Below are positions 19,131 to 29,439 of a DNA stretch of 64,000 nucleotides, one piece after another (positions within the stretch are counted from its first letter, which is position 1; every line of letters begins with the position of its first letter). The notes below the pieces were generated by a model, which saw only the letters and a list, made by a program, of their open reading frames with translations, was not told the DNA's origin and did no database searches. Source of the stretch: Pontiella sp. (lineage in GTDB: Bacteria > Verrucomicrobiota > Kiritimatiellia > Kiritimatiellales > Pontiellaceae); the NCBI GenBank assembly GCA_050290185.1, contig JBNKHE010000008.1, positions 128,001 to 192,000 on the forward strand, written 5' to 3'. Both the position numbers and the translations under genes were made by a program.

Positions 19131-19828
19131 CACCCGCCGGTGGCTTGCAGAGGCGTTTGGGATCCGCGGAGCGAAACCCAAACCGCGATGGCTTGGGTGC
19201 GGGCATCGGCGGGAAGGGTCAACGTGGCGGAACAGGTGCTTCCTGACTTGTTCATCTTCCCGTTCACCAGCCCGAGCGCCACGAAACAATGTTCGAGGCT
19301 ACGCCCGCGGTTTTCCCCGGCGGTTACCGAGCTGTCGAGTTTGCCGGAGAGCGGTGCGAGCCATGCGATATAATCACCGTTCGCTTTGATGGGGGAAAAA
19401 GTGATCGTGGCTTTATCGCCATCCAGCATCGCCTTCAACCTGCCGGTCTGATCGATGTGCCCGGAGGAGACCGGCTGACGTGCGGCAACGCCGTTCACCA
19501 CGAAACAGGGTGTGTACGAAGTGCGGGCGTGCCATTGTTTTGTATAGCGTCGTTGTCGTGCGCTAAAAGTCGCTGACGAGTAGGGATCCTTCCACCCTAG
19601 ATAGTCCCAGTAGTCGACATGGAAGGCGACCGGGACAAACTCCTTCCATAGCTTCTTTTTTTCCACGAGGGCATTCATCTTTCGGTCGGCCGGCGGGCAG
19701 CTGCTGCATCCTTCCGAGGTAAACAGTTCGATCAGATCCGTCCGCACGGGTCCGCTGGTGAACGTTTGGGCGCGGCTCATTGTGGGCGTTGCCAGCAGTG
19801 CGATCGTCAAGATAAGCATTCTTTTCAT
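19124..19828 (-). CDS. DUF1223 domain secreted thioredoxin-like protein
   Basis: 'ELFTSEGCSSCPPAD', 'FHVDYWDYLGWKDP', 'YTP' and 'GENRGRSLEH' motifs. Confidence 0.88.
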   Translation of the reverse strand: MKRMLILTIALLATPTMSRAQTFTSGPVRTDLIELFTSEGCSSCPPADRKMNALVEKKKLWKEFVPVAFHVDYWDYLGWKDPYSSATFSARQRRYTKQWHARTSYTPCFVVNGVAARQPVSSGHIDQTGRLKAMLDGDKATITFSPIKANGDYIAWLAPLSGKLDSSVTAGENRGRSLEHCFVALGLVNGKMNKSGSTCSATLTLPADARTQAIAVWVSLRGSQTPLQATGGWL

Positions 19829-20029
19829 TAAAGGGCCTCCTTCAAGTCGATTGGGGTGGTCAATGATCTATTCGTTCAATCCATGCGGAATGTGACGAAA
19901 AAACACGACGGAACATCGTTTCCGGTATGGAGATGCATCCGAAACCCTTCTGGGCGTTGTTTTTCGGTTGCGATTCAGGCACATTGAAGAACATCGGAAA
20001 ACCCTTTAGCTGAAAGCGAGGTTTTGCAT

Positions 20030-20758
20030 ATGACAACCATGGCGTTACTGGAATACCAGCGGGATGCAATCTGGGTGAAGGAATATCCGGTTCGTTTTGG
20101 CGGCATGGATATTCGGGCGCGTATGACGGTGGTGCGGCTTTCGAACGGGAACCTATGGCTTCACTCGCCATGCGCACTGGATGCCGAAACCATTGCGGCC
20201 ATCGGGAAGCTGGGGCGCGTGGAATGCATCGTGGCGCCGGGCTCCTTTCATTTTTCGCATATTGAATCGGCACAACAGGCATTTCCGGAAGCGGAGACCT
20301 GGATCTGTCCGGAGGTCGAACTGAAAAAACCGGATATTGCTTTTGATTGGTTATTAGGTGACCGCCCGGACCCACGCTGGGCCGGGGATCTGGGCCAGAT
20401 ATTTGTGCGCGAAAATCGCATCATCTCTGAGGTGGCTTTTTTTCACAGAATGTCCCGTACGCTCATTCTGGTCGATTTGATCGAAAACGTAACCGACGAC
20501 ACTCCGGATGTGGATTGGCGACTGAAATTGTGGTGGAAAGCGGTGTTTCGAATGTGTAACCACCCGAAGCCGGCTCCGGAATACCAGTTGGGTTGGAAGG
20601 ATAAAGCCGCAGCGCGAACATCTTTGGAACGGATCATGGAGTGGGATTTCGAGCGGATCATCCTCGCGCATGGTGATCTGGTTGAAACGAACGCAAAGTC
20701 TGTTGCGCAGTCGGCTTGGCGGAAGGTTTTAACGGGAACGAACCTTCCGCACGAATAA
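20030..20758 (+). CDS. DUF4336 domain protein (metallo-beta-lactamase-like fold)
   Basis: 'RMTVVRLSNGNLWLHSP', 'IVAPGSFH', 'EVAFFHRMSRTLILVD', 'WDFERIILAHG'. Confidence 0.85.
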   Translation: MTTMALLEYQRDAIWVKEYPVRFGGMDIRARMTVVRLSNGNLWLHSPCALDAETIAAIGKLGRVECIVAPGSFHFSHIESAQQAFPEAETWICPEVELKKPDIAFDWLLGDRPDPRWAGDLGQIFVRENRIISEVAFFHRMSRTLILVDLIENVTDDTPDVDWRLKLWWKAVFRMCNHPKPAPEYQLGWKDKAAARTSLERIMEWDFERIILAHGDLVETNAKSVAQSAWRKVLTGTNLPHE

Positions 20759-20820
20759 CTTGAGCCGTTTTGCGGCAAACGGTATACAGAACGCTCATTT
20801 TTTTCATTCGGAGCGTGTTT

Positions 20821-23226
20821 ATGAAAGTACCGGTCAGTTGGCTGAAGGAATATGTTGATTTTGAGGACACCATCGAGGGGTTGGCGGACAAGCTGACCTT
20901 TGCGGGGCTGGAGGTCGAGGCGATCGAAGCGATCGGCTCCGATTTTGCCGGCGTGGTGGTGGGCGAGGTGCTGGCTATCGAGCCGCATCCCGGTGCCGAC
21001 AAGCTGCGTCTCTGCACCGTCAATTATGGCGCCGAAGAAACCATGCAGGTCGTTTGCGGTGCGCCGAACGTCGAGGTTGGCGGCAAGTATCCCTTCGCGC
21101 CGGTTGGTACGACACTCCCTTGCGGTATTACACTCAAGAAGGCCAAGATCCGCGGCGTACAATCCATGGGCATGCTTTGCGCCAAGGACGAGCTGGGGCT
21201 GGGCGAAGACCACTCCGGCCTGCTGGTGCTCGATGCCTCCCTCGAGCCGGGAACGCTGTTTGTTCAAGTGTGGGGCGAGCCGGAAACGGTCATCGAACTC
21301 GAGATTACCCCGAACCGTCCAGACTGCCTTTCCATGATCGGTGTCGCCCGCGAAATGGCAGTGCTCTACGGTTCCGAACTGAAGGTTCCCGCTTATGGGA
21401 TTCTTGAAACCGAAGGCGATGTTAACGAAGAGATCTCCGTTGTTGTGGAGGACTCGGAAAAGTGTCCGCGCTACACGGCTCGTGTGCTGAAGGATGCCAA
21501 AATCGGCCCGTCACCGGAATGGATGCAGAAGCGCCTCGAAGCAGCCGGTCTGCGGCCGATCAACAACGTCGTGGATATCACCAACTATGTCATGCTCGAA
21601 ACCGGTCATCCGCTGCACGCGTTCGATAAGAACCTGGTTGCTGGGAACCAGATCATTGTCCGTGCCGCCAAACCGGGTGAAAAAATGCATACACTCGACG
21701 ATGTCGAGCGTACCTTGACCGACGAGATGCTTGTGATTGCCGACGCTGATAAGCCCTCCGCCATTGCCGGTGTGATGGGCGGCAATGTTAGCGAAATCAA
21801 TGACGAGACGACGACCATTCTGCTCGAAGCTGCCGCCTTCGAAACCTCGTCCATTCGTCACACTGCCAAGAAGCTGGGATTGTCCACCGACTCTTCCTAC
21901 CGCTTTCAGCGCGGCGTCAATGCCGACTCCGTCGAATGGGCAAGCCGCCGGGCGGCGGAGCTCATGTGCGAACTGGCCGGAGCCACGGTCTGCCATGGCA
22001 TCGTGGACCTCTATCCGCACCGGAAGCCGCATCTTGAAATCCCGTTCAGCTGGTCGCGTATCGAAGGCATGATTGGCTCGGGCATATCCGCCGAGGAAAT
22101 GAAGAAAATCTTTACGTCGTTGGAAATCGAAATTGAGCACGACAACGGTGAAACCGCGACTGCGTTCATCCCTAGTTTCCGCCTCGACCTCGAACGCGAA
22201 GTGGATCTCGTCGAGGAAATCGCCCGCATCCACGGCGTCGACAATGTGCCGGCCAAAATGCCGCTGGCCAAAGTGATTCCAACAGCCGACGACTCGCGGG
22301 TACGAGCAATTGGCGGACTGCGCAGCGGTCTGCAAGGGCTCGGTGTCAGCGAAATCATGAACTATACGTTGGTCAATCATCCCTTGCTCGACCTCTTCAA
22401 CAAGGAAAACCGCGAAAGCCGCGAGGAGCTGCCGCATCCGATCAGCATGGACCAGTCGGTGATGCGCACCTCGCTGATTCCGCAACTGGTCGAAAGCCTT
22501 GGCCGCAACCATTCGCGCCAGATCAGCGAGGCCTGCTTCTACGAACTCGGCCGCGTCTTCAACCGCGTCGATGGCGCACCGGTCCAGACCGAAATGGTCT
22601 CGCTTGGCATGATGGGCCCGGTGGGCCGTTCACTGCTTGAAAAGCGCGCGCCGGTTTCCGATGAGGAAATGTTTGTCTGGATGAAGGGGCTGATTGAACA
22701 GTTGCTGGCGGCACAGAAGCTGGATAACGTTTCATTCAAAGCCGAAGACCGACCGGAATTCGAAAGCGGCACGGCCGTTTCCGTGTTAGTGGACGGCAAT
22801 GTGGTCGGCTGCATGGGACTGGTGAACAAGACCGCGCGGGCCGAATGGCGTCTGAACGGACCGGTGGCGGCCGCCGAGCTGCAACTGGAAGCATTGCTGA
22901 AAAATGCATTTGTCATCACCAAGACCGAGGATTTGGCGCAGTTCCCATCCATGAGCCGCGATATCGCGCTGGTGGTCGATCAGTCGGTCAAGCACGAGGA
23001 TGTGGTAACTTTTATCCAGAAAGCCAACCCCAAGGATCTCGAAAGTTTTGGCCTGTTCGACATCTATCAGGGCAAAGGCATCGAGCAAGGCAAGAAGAGC
23101 CTGGCGTATAACTTTGTCTACCGTTCCGGCAAGCAGACGCTGACCGACAAGAAGGTGAATAAAGTTCACCAAAAGCTGAGCGACTTCCTTTGCCAAAAGC
23201 TAGGGGCTTCCTTGCGCGAGGGCTAA
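20821..23226 (+). CDS. pheT: Phenylalanine--tRNA ligase beta subunit
   Basis: MKVPVSWLKEYV, 'HPGADKL', 'VVCGAPNV', 'ITPNRPDCLS', 'NNVVDITNYV', 'RFQRG' and FDX-ACB C-terminus 'FPSMSRDIA...GKKSLA'. Confidence 0.97.
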   Translation: MKVPVSWLKEYVDFEDTIEGLADKLTFAGLEVEAIEAIGSDFAGVVVGEVLAIEPHPGADKLRLCTVNYGAEETMQVVCGAPNVEVGGKYPFAPVGTTLPCGITLKKAKIRGVQSMGMLCAKDELGLGEDHSGLLVLDASLEPGTLFVQVWGEPETVIELEITPNRPDCLSMIGVAREMAVLYGSELKVPAYGILETEGDVNEEISVVVEDSEKCPRYTARVLKDAKIGPSPEWMQKRLEAAGLRPINNVVDITNYVMLETGHPLHAFDKNLVAGNQIIVRAAKPGEKMHTLDDVERTLTDEMLVIADADKPSAIAGVMGGNVSEINDETTTILLEAAAFETSSIRHTAKKLGLSTDSSYRFQRGVNADSVEWASRRAAELMCELAGATVCHGIVDLYPHRKPHLEIPFSWSRIEGMIGSGISAEEMKKIFTSLEIEIEHDNGETATAFIPSFRLDLEREVDLVEEIARIHGVDNVPAKMPLAKVIPTADDSRVRAIGGLRSGLQGLGVSEIMNYTLVNHPLLDLFNKENRESREELPHPISMDQSVMRTSLIPQLVESLGRNHSRQISEACFYELGRVFNRVDGAPVQTEMVSLGMMGPVGRSLLEKRAPVSDEEMFVWMKGLIEQLLAAQKLDNVSFKAEDRPEFESGTAVSVLVDGNVVGCMGLVNKTARAEWRLNGPVAAAELQLEALLKNAFVITKTEDLAQFPSMSRDIALVVDQSVKHEDVVTFIQKANPKDLESFGLFDIYQGKGIEQGKKSLAYNFVYRSGKQTLTDKKVNKVHQKLSDFLCQKLGASLREG

Positions 23227-23276
23227 CCGCTTTACAAAACAAGGGCATTCGGTTATTCCTCTGAGCAAGGATTTTC

Positions 23277-23564
23277 ATGAAAGCTGTCAGCATAGCCCTA
23301 GCCGTGGTTTCGGTTGCCGTTGCGTCAACCGCCTATGTCTTGCGGCGCTCCGCGCCGCAACCCGTAGCGCATCCCGTGCCGGTTGAGGTTCCGGTTGTGG
23401 CCGAACATCCCGTTTTTCCCGAACCCGTACCAACCAATGCGGTGAAGGTCAACGATGACGGGCCGGTTCAGTCTCTAGAGGATCGGGGGGATGCCATGCT
23501 GTTCGAGATCGATGCCCTTCAGAGCATGCCGTTTGACGAGCCCATCGTCCGGCCATTCGATTAA
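23277..23564 (+). CDS. Hypothetical small membrane-anchored Pro-rich protein
   Basis: RBS-like AAGGA, N-terminal hydrophobic helix and Pro/Val-rich linker. Confidence 0.5.
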   Translation: MKAVSIALAVVSVAVASTAYVLRRSAPQPVAHPVPVEVPVVAEHPVFPEPVPTNAVKVNDDGPVQSLEDRGDAMLFEIDALQSMPFDEPIVRPFD

Positions 23565-23672
23565 ACATCGACGTCTGGTTGCAATACCGGTGCCGACGAG
23601 TGCGATGCTCAATCAGTCAAAATCGGCTGTTTAAGCTTGTTGTTGATCACGTGATCGCGCTTTTATCGGATC

Positions 23673-25835
23673 ATGAAATACTTGATCACATCCGTTGCCA
23701 TCCTTTTGTTGTTTCTCGCGACTCTACCTGTTTCGGCCCAGAAGCATGAAACCTTTGCTGAAAATCCCGGCAAGCGACAGGAGACCGTAAAAAAGACCCA
23801 CGATAGGGCCCATCGCGAAAAGGAGCAGGCTCGGCAATGGGCGGAAGCCCACGGGATGTCGATGCGGGATGATAACGGAGTGCGGACCATGCAGCTTATG
23901 GGTATCCGGGGTAATCGGCATATCTGGTACACGACGGAAAACTATAACGCCGCGATTTCGACCGCCGCCAATCAGGTGCGCAATACTGCACCATTTAATG
24001 CCGACGGTTCAGGGCTGACGGTCGGGGTGTGGGATACGGGCTCGGTGATGACCAGCCATCAGGAGTTCGGTGGTCGCGTATCCAATATGGATAGTGTGGC
24101 CTCCTATTACCATTCAACCCACGTTGGCGGAACCATTGGCGCCGCCGGGGTTGCCCTTGGCCGGCAGGGTATGGCACCTGCTGTCAACATTGATTCCTAC
24201 GACTGGAACGATGATATTGCTGAAATGAACGGTCGGGCAGCGGCATCGCCTGGCGAATCAGGAGCACTCTATCTGTCCAATCACTCCTATGGAACCATTT
24301 GTGGCTGGCACTACCTCAGTGATGGAAATAGCTGGTCGGGGAATGCCGGTTGGCACTGGCCCTACTGGTTGAATTGGGGGGCGGGTGAGGTTGACCCCTT
24401 GTATGGTCAATACGATTCAGGGGCCATGGATTATGATCAGGCCGTCTATGATGCACCGTATTTCCTGCCCTTTGTGGCAGCCGGCAACGACCGTAATGAT
24501 GGTCCCTCGAATGGCGACACCGTCTATTATAATCAGGGATCATGGCAATCCGCAATCTACAACAGTTCGATGCATCCGCTAGCGGAGAAGTCGTATAAGG
24601 GCGGCTACGATACCATCAAGGGTGAGGCATGTGCCAAAAACATCATGACAGTTGGCGCAGTGAAGGATGCCGTGTCCGGTATCAACCGTTCACTGGACAA
24701 CGCCGACATGACTTCCTTTAGCGGATGGGGACCTGCAGACGATGGCCGGATCAAGCCCGATATCGTGGCCAATGGATGGGATGTATGGTCGTGCGATGAT
24801 GACAGCACCAATGATTATATCAACCTGTCGGGGACCAGTATGGCAACCCCCAATGCCTGTGGGTCGGCAGCCCTCCTGATTGATTACTACAACCAGCAGT
24901 TTCCCGGGCAGTATATGCGAGCCAGCACGCTTAAAGGGCTCATCATCCATACGGCGGATGATCTGGGGAACCCGGGGCCCGACTATGCGTATGGTTGGGG
25001 GTTGATGAACACAAAGGCTGCGGCCGAGTTGATCCAGGGCGTTGCAAACGGCCATGTCATGTCCATGACGGAGGACCATCTGGGCCGCAATGACAGCATG
25101 GACAACTGGGAGGTCTACAGCGATGGCTATGAACCATTGCGCATAACACTTTGCTGGACCGATCCCCCAGCTGCTGGACAGACGGATAACGATGTACGTC
25201 TGGCGATGTTGGTTAATGATCTCGATCTGACGGTTACCGGCCCGGATGGTCTTCATTATCCTTATTCTTTGGACTATACGAACCCAGCGTCCAACGCCAC
25301 GGCAAGCGCGAAAAACAATGTCGACAATGTCGAGCAGGTCTATATCAATGCGCCCATCGCAGGGTTCTACACGATTACAGTGGATTACGATGGCTCGCTC
25401 ATGGGGAGCACCCAGTGGTATTCGCTGCTGGTCAGTGGTGATATCTTTGACTCGGACGGCGATGGCCTGGCGGATGGTTGGGAATACACCTATTTCTCGA
25501 GTACCACCGGAGCCATTGCAACGGCCGATAGTGACGGCGACGGGCAGGATAATCTGTCTGAGTATATTTCGGGACACAATCCCCTGCTGACCGGTTCCCG
25601 GTTTGGTGTCTCGGAAATCATTCCGCCGCAGTCGGGCTATGAATCCCCCTTCATCCTTTCGTGGGATCCGGTTACGGGACGGGTGTACCGCGTCAGCTGG
25701 TCCACATCTATGGGCTACTCTACCTTTACGAATATTTCCGGCGACCTGCCATATCCGGCGAACAGCTACACGGATACGGTTGAGCGGGCCGGCCCGAATC
25801 AATTCTACAAGCTACAGGTACGGCTGGCGCCTTAG
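23673..25835 (+). CDS. Secreted S8 (subtilisin-like) serine peptidase with DxDxDG repeats and C-terminal FY[RK] domain
   Basis: Triad: 'VGVWDTG', 'HSTHVGGTI', 'SGTSMATP'; also 'AAGND' and 'DDGRIKPDIVANG'. C-terminus DSDGDGLADGWE...QFYKLQV. Confidence 0.92.
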   Translation: MKYLITSVAILLLFLATLPVSAQKHETFAENPGKRQETVKKTHDRAHREKEQARQWAEAHGMSMRDDNGVRTMQLMGIRGNRHIWYTTENYNAAISTAANQVRNTAPFNADGSGLTVGVWDTGSVMTSHQEFGGRVSNMDSVASYYHSTHVGGTIGAAGVALGRQGMAPAVNIDSYDWNDDIAEMNGRAAASPGESGALYLSNHSYGTICGWHYLSDGNSWSGNAGWHWPYWLNWGAGEVDPLYGQYDSGAMDYDQAVYDAPYFLPFVAAGNDRNDGPSNGDTVYYNQGSWQSAIYNSSMHPLAEKSYKGGYDTIKGEACAKNIMTVGAVKDAVSGINRSLDNADMTSFSGWGPADDGRIKPDIVANGWDVWSCDDDSTNDYINLSGTSMATPNACGSAALLIDYYNQQFPGQYMRASTLKGLIIHTADDLGNPGPDYAYGWGLMNTKAAAELIQGVANGHVMSMTEDHLGRNDSMDNWEVYSDGYEPLRITLCWTDPPAAGQTDNDVRLAMLVNDLDLTVTGPDGLHYPYSLDYTNPASNATASAKNNVDNVEQVYINAPIAGFYTITVDYDGSLMGSTQWYSLLVSGDIFDSDGDGLADGWEYTYFSSTTGAIATADSDGDGQDNLSEYISGHNPLLTGSRFGVSEIIPPQSGYESPFILSWDPVTGRVYRVSWSTSMGYSTFTNISGDLPYPANSYTDTVERAGPNQFYKLQVRLAP

Positions 25836-25850
25836 GCTTCTACTCCCCGG

Positions 25851-27857
25851 CTAGCATTCCAGGTCGGGAATTTCAGTAAACTCAACCGGACATTCCTCCA
25901 GCGATTCAAGAAAAAGGCGTCCATACCACTGGTTTTGCACACGGCTGTCGAGGATGGTAACCGTTCCGCTATCGCGTGAACTACGGATGAGGCGTCCCAC
26001 ACCCTGCCGAAACTTCAGCACGGCTTCGGGCAGGGAATATTCCTTGAATGGATTGCCTCCCTGCGCTTCGATGGTTTCGAACCGCGCCTGGATCAACGGA
26101 TGGTCCGGCACGGCAAAGGGGAGGCGGGTGATGATGACATTGCTCAACGCATCGCCCTGCACATCGACCCCCATCCAGAAACGGTCGAGTCCGAACAGCA
26201 CGCCGGCCTCGTGATTGCGGAATTTTTCAAGCATGCGCTGGGGCGGCATGCCGGTGCCCTGGACCAGAAACTCGAACCCGTCCAGCTCGAAGTCGAAACG
26301 CAGCTCATCGGCCACCTTTTTCATGAAGCGCGCGTTGGTAAAGAGCACAAAGGCGCGCCCGCGGCTTTCGCGCACGAGATGGCGAATGGCCGCGCTGGCT
26401 GCCTGCTCGAACTTCTCCGAGGAAGGGGGGGGCATATTGGCCGGAATCTGGATGCACATCTGCCGGGCATAGTCGAACGGCGAGCCGACGCGCAGTTCTG
26501 AGCAGTCCATGGCGCCCACCCGGTGGCGGAAGTATTCAAGGTTGTCGCCGACCGCCAGCGTGGCGCTGGTCATCACGACGCATGGAATTTCCTCGAACAG
26601 CATTTCGCGCAGGATCGGGCCGACATCGATAGGGGCCGAGTACAGGACCGGCACGCGCCGCCGTCCCTGGACTTCCGTCCAATAAACCTGTCCTTCCAGC
26701 GATTGCTTCAGAAAGGCCTCCACGGTATCGCGCAGTTCCAGACCCTTGTTTCGCAGGCTCTTGATTTCGGCCTGAATCCCGTCGTCTTCCGTGGTCTGTG
26801 TCAGGGTTTTCAGGTGTTCGCACAGGTTGGTGATCTTCAGTGGCAGGTCGGTTTCGATGGGTGGGGGGGCCAGTACGCGTTGCTGGGTCTTTTGCGGTCC
26901 GAGCTTGAAGTGGCTGCGTACCGCCTCGAAAAAGGCTTCGGCCGCCTCGCGGGTTTGGTCGGCCATGAAGGTGCCTTTTCCGTCCTTAAGCATCGCGCAT
27001 AGACCGCGCCGTTTTTCGCCGTGGATGCGCCGGAGCCAGTATTCGATCATGTAGAGCGATAGGCGGATGCCGAGATGCGAAGAGGCGACCTGCTCCATCT
27101 GATGCGCCTCGTCGAAGACGACATAGCCGTAGGGCGGGAGCATCGCCGCACCTTCGGCGCGCAGGGCCAGCTCGGCAAAGAAGAGCGAATGGTTGACCAC
27201 CAGCACCTGTGCGTCCTGCATCTGCTGGCGGGCAATCATGAAATAGCATTCCTTATAAAACGGGCAGCGCTTTCCGGTGCAGTTGCCGTGTTCGGCGCAA
27301 ATCGAGCCCCATACATCGTGGTCGGGTTGCTCGGCCAGATTCTGATAGCTGCCATCGCCCAGTTGCCTGCTGCTGGCCAAGGCGTGGATATCGTCGAGCT
27401 GTCGCGCTTTCGTGTCGTCAAACAGGTCGCCGGATGCCCGGCGCGCGCGCTGGAGACGCAGCAGGCAGAGATAATTGGACCGGCCTTTGACCATTACGGC
27501 CTTGAAATCGAGGCCAAGCGTTTTGCGCACAAATGGGATGTCCTTGTCTATTAACTGTTCCTGGAGCGTGATCGTATAGGTAGCAATGACGCAACGGGTC
27601 TCGTGCTCCAATGCGGTCAGGATCTGGGGCACCAGATAGGCAAAGCTCTTGCCGACCCCGGTTCCCGCCTCCACGGCCAGATGATGCCCTATGCCGGCCG
27701 CGTCGGCTAAAGCTCGCGCCATGGTCTGCTGCTGCGGACGAAGCTCGAAATCGATTCCTCCTTCGATGCAATGCTGCTCAAACAGGCCGCCCGGCTCAAA
27801 AAAGCGGTCCGTGGCATTGGCTGCCGTGGTAGCAGGCGTTGGATCTGGAAATATCAT
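25851..27857 (-). CDS. DinG/YoaA family ATP-dependent DNA helicase
   Basis: 'RPQQ' Q motif, Walker A 'EAGTGVGKS', 'KGRSNYLC', Fe-S cysteines, 'DEAH', 'TSATL' and 'QGVGRLIR'. Confidence 0.93.
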   Translation of the reverse strand: MIFPDPTPATTAANATDRFFEPGGLFEQHCIEGGIDFELRPQQQTMARALADAAGIGHHLAVEAGTGVGKSFAYLVPQILTALEHETRCVIATYTITLQEQLIDKDIPFVRKTLGLDFKAVMVKGRSNYLCLLRLQRARRASGDLFDDTKARQLDDIHALASSRQLGDGSYQNLAEQPDHDVWGSICAEHGNCTGKRCPFYKECYFMIARQQMQDAQVLVVNHSLFFAELALRAEGAAMLPPYGYVVFDEAHQMEQVASSHLGIRLSLYMIEYWLRRIHGEKRRGLCAMLKDGKGTFMADQTREAAEAFFEAVRSHFKLGPQKTQQRVLAPPPIETDLPLKITNLCEHLKTLTQTTEDDGIQAEIKSLRNKGLELRDTVEAFLKQSLEGQVYWTEVQGRRRVPVLYSAPIDVGPILREMLFEEIPCVVMTSATLAVGDNLEYFRHRVGAMDCSELRVGSPFDYARQMCIQIPANMPPPSSEKFEQAASAAIRHLVRESRGRAFVLFTNARFMKKVADELRFDFELDGFEFLVQGTGMPPQRMLEKFRNHEAGVLFGLDRFWMGVDVQGDALSNVIITRLPFAVPDHPLIQARFETIEAQGGNPFKEYSLPEAVLKFRQGVGRLIRSSRDSGTVTILDSRVQNQWYGRLFLESLEECPVEFTEIPDLEC

Positions 27858-28070
27858 GGGTCGACTGTAGCTGAAGCCGGGAAGGTCTGGAATCGATTTA
27901 ACGTGAATTCAATGCAAAATGTGCGTTACCCGAAACAGGAGTCAGATAGATGTCATCGGAAAAATAAGCGTCATAATCGATGATATTCAAGAAAACGCTG
28001 GCTAATCCGGATTGATCGGCGTAGAAAAGTCGGTGCATTTCGAACAATTAGCGTTTGTGTAAGGGTATAT

Positions 28071-28745
28071 ATGTTAAGAACGAAGGCCTTTTTAGTACTG
28101 GCAGGCATGGTTGCCGTTGCTTCCGCACAGCAAGGAACGACCATGGGAATCGTAGGCGTATCCCACGTTCAGGAACCCATGGGCTTTCACATTGCGGGTA
28201 TGCAATACAACGCTGATTCGACCAACACACCTGCAACTATTTACGGCGACGCGCTTCCCCTGGGTTCCAGGATATATAAGTGGAATGGAGCAACTTACGT
28301 TTCATCTGAGTATCATGAGTATTTCGATTTCGATCTCTTAGCCAACGTCATAGGATGGGATACAGAATTCAGTATTGATAATGGCGAAGGCTATTGGGTC
28401 TCTGCTCCTAGCGCTGTGGATACCTTTCTTAATGGGAATGTTCCCGTCGACGATGCCATAACTAATTCTATCATGGCAGGATTTCAGATCTGCTCATATC
28501 CTTATCCAGTGGATTGTAGTATTACAAATTTGGGTTTTACGCCATCGTTGGGTGATAGGATATATGCCTGGAATGGAACCACTTACGTTTTGTCCGAGTA
28601 TCACGAGTATTTTGATTTCGATCTCCTTTCCAACGTCATAGGATGGGACAACAAAGCGATTCAGGTCAGCGTTGGGCAGGGTTTCTGGTATATGTCGACC
28701 GTAGAAACGAACTGGGTTGTTTCGCGGCCTTTCAACTTGAACTAA
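28071..28745 (+). CDS. Secreted hypothetical protein with two tandem ~96-aa repeats
   Basis: Signal peptide; duplicated 'LGxRIYxWNGxTYVxSEYHEYFDFDLLxNVIGWD...G[EQ]G[YF]W'; DNA visibly more AT-rich than neighbours. Confidence 0.75.
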   Translation: MLRTKAFLVLAGMVAVASAQQGTTMGIVGVSHVQEPMGFHIAGMQYNADSTNTPATIYGDALPLGSRIYKWNGATYVSSEYHEYFDFDLLANVIGWDTEFSIDNGEGYWVSAPSAVDTFLNGNVPVDDAITNSIMAGFQICSYPYPVDCSITNLGFTPSLGDRIYAWNGTTYVLSEYHEYFDFDLLSNVIGWDNKAIQVSVGQGFWYMSTVETNWVVSRPFNLN

Positions 28746-28773
28746 ACCCGTATTTATATTGATTGAGGTATGA

Positions 28774-29385
28774 ATGATGAAGAAAACAACTGCATTTCTG
28801 GTTGCCGCGCTGGCGTCGAGCTCTGTTTTTGCGGATATAGACGTAGAGCTGAAAAACATTGATAGTTCCGGCAGTGTTTATAAATCTGGCGGCGGCACAA
28901 TCGCTGTTAATCAGGCATACGTTCAGTTGGTTTGGTCACCGACAAATACGGCTCAGGCGAATATCACTGATTCCCAGTTGCTTGGAGCAGGCGAATATCT
29001 TCTGAATGAGGTGTATTCCAGCGCCGGGGCAGCAGGGCGTTTTCCAAGTCAAGGGATCCTCACATATACCGATGCCGATGTCGGGAATAACAATATTAAT
29101 GCCGGGTTTTTCTTTGTACGAATCTATGACTACGATGCTGCTGTTATAAGTGAAGGAGACTTCTACCTGCAACAGTATGTACAAGGACCGACCCTGACTG
29201 AATACGATACCGCTCCAGCCCCGAGGCCGATAGCATACAATACAGATGGATCTCTTGGCGGTGCGCTTGATGACACTAACGTGGGCGGTGGCAATGTCGT
29301 GATTCCGGAACCGGCGGTGGCCAGTTTGATCGGCATCTTTGGCGTAGGGTTGCTGTTTGGACGCCGCATTTTCGGCAAGAACTGA
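28774..29385 (+). CDS. PEP-CTERM sorting domain protein
   Basis: Signal peptide MKKTTAFL...VFA; C-terminal VIPEPAVASLIGIFGVGLLFGRRIF. Confidence 0.85.
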   Translation: MMKKTTAFLVAALASSSVFADIDVELKNIDSSGSVYKSGGGTIAVNQAYVQLVWSPTNTAQANITDSQLLGAGEYLLNEVYSSAGAAGRFPSQGILTYTDADVGNNNINAGFFFVRIYDYDAAVISEGDFYLQQYVQGPTLTEYDTAPAPRPIAYNTDGSLGGALDDTNVGGGNVVIPEPAVASLIGIFGVGLLFGRRIFGKN

Positions 29386-29411
29386 TTTCTTCCCGCACCA
29401 ACGTGAAGCAG

Positions 29412-29438
29412 GCTCCGGTTGATCCGGAGCTTTTTTTT
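29412..29438 (+). terminator. Intrinsic terminator
   Basis: GCTCCGG-TTGAT-CCGGAGC-TTTTTTTT. Confidence 0.8.
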
Positions 29439-29439
29439 C

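Noticed and set aside
19860..19990. Possible 5' remnant of a RAYT on the minus strand (...CFFVTFRMD*)
   Set aside because: Only a short FVTFR-like match without the LPH motif; too weak to call by eye.
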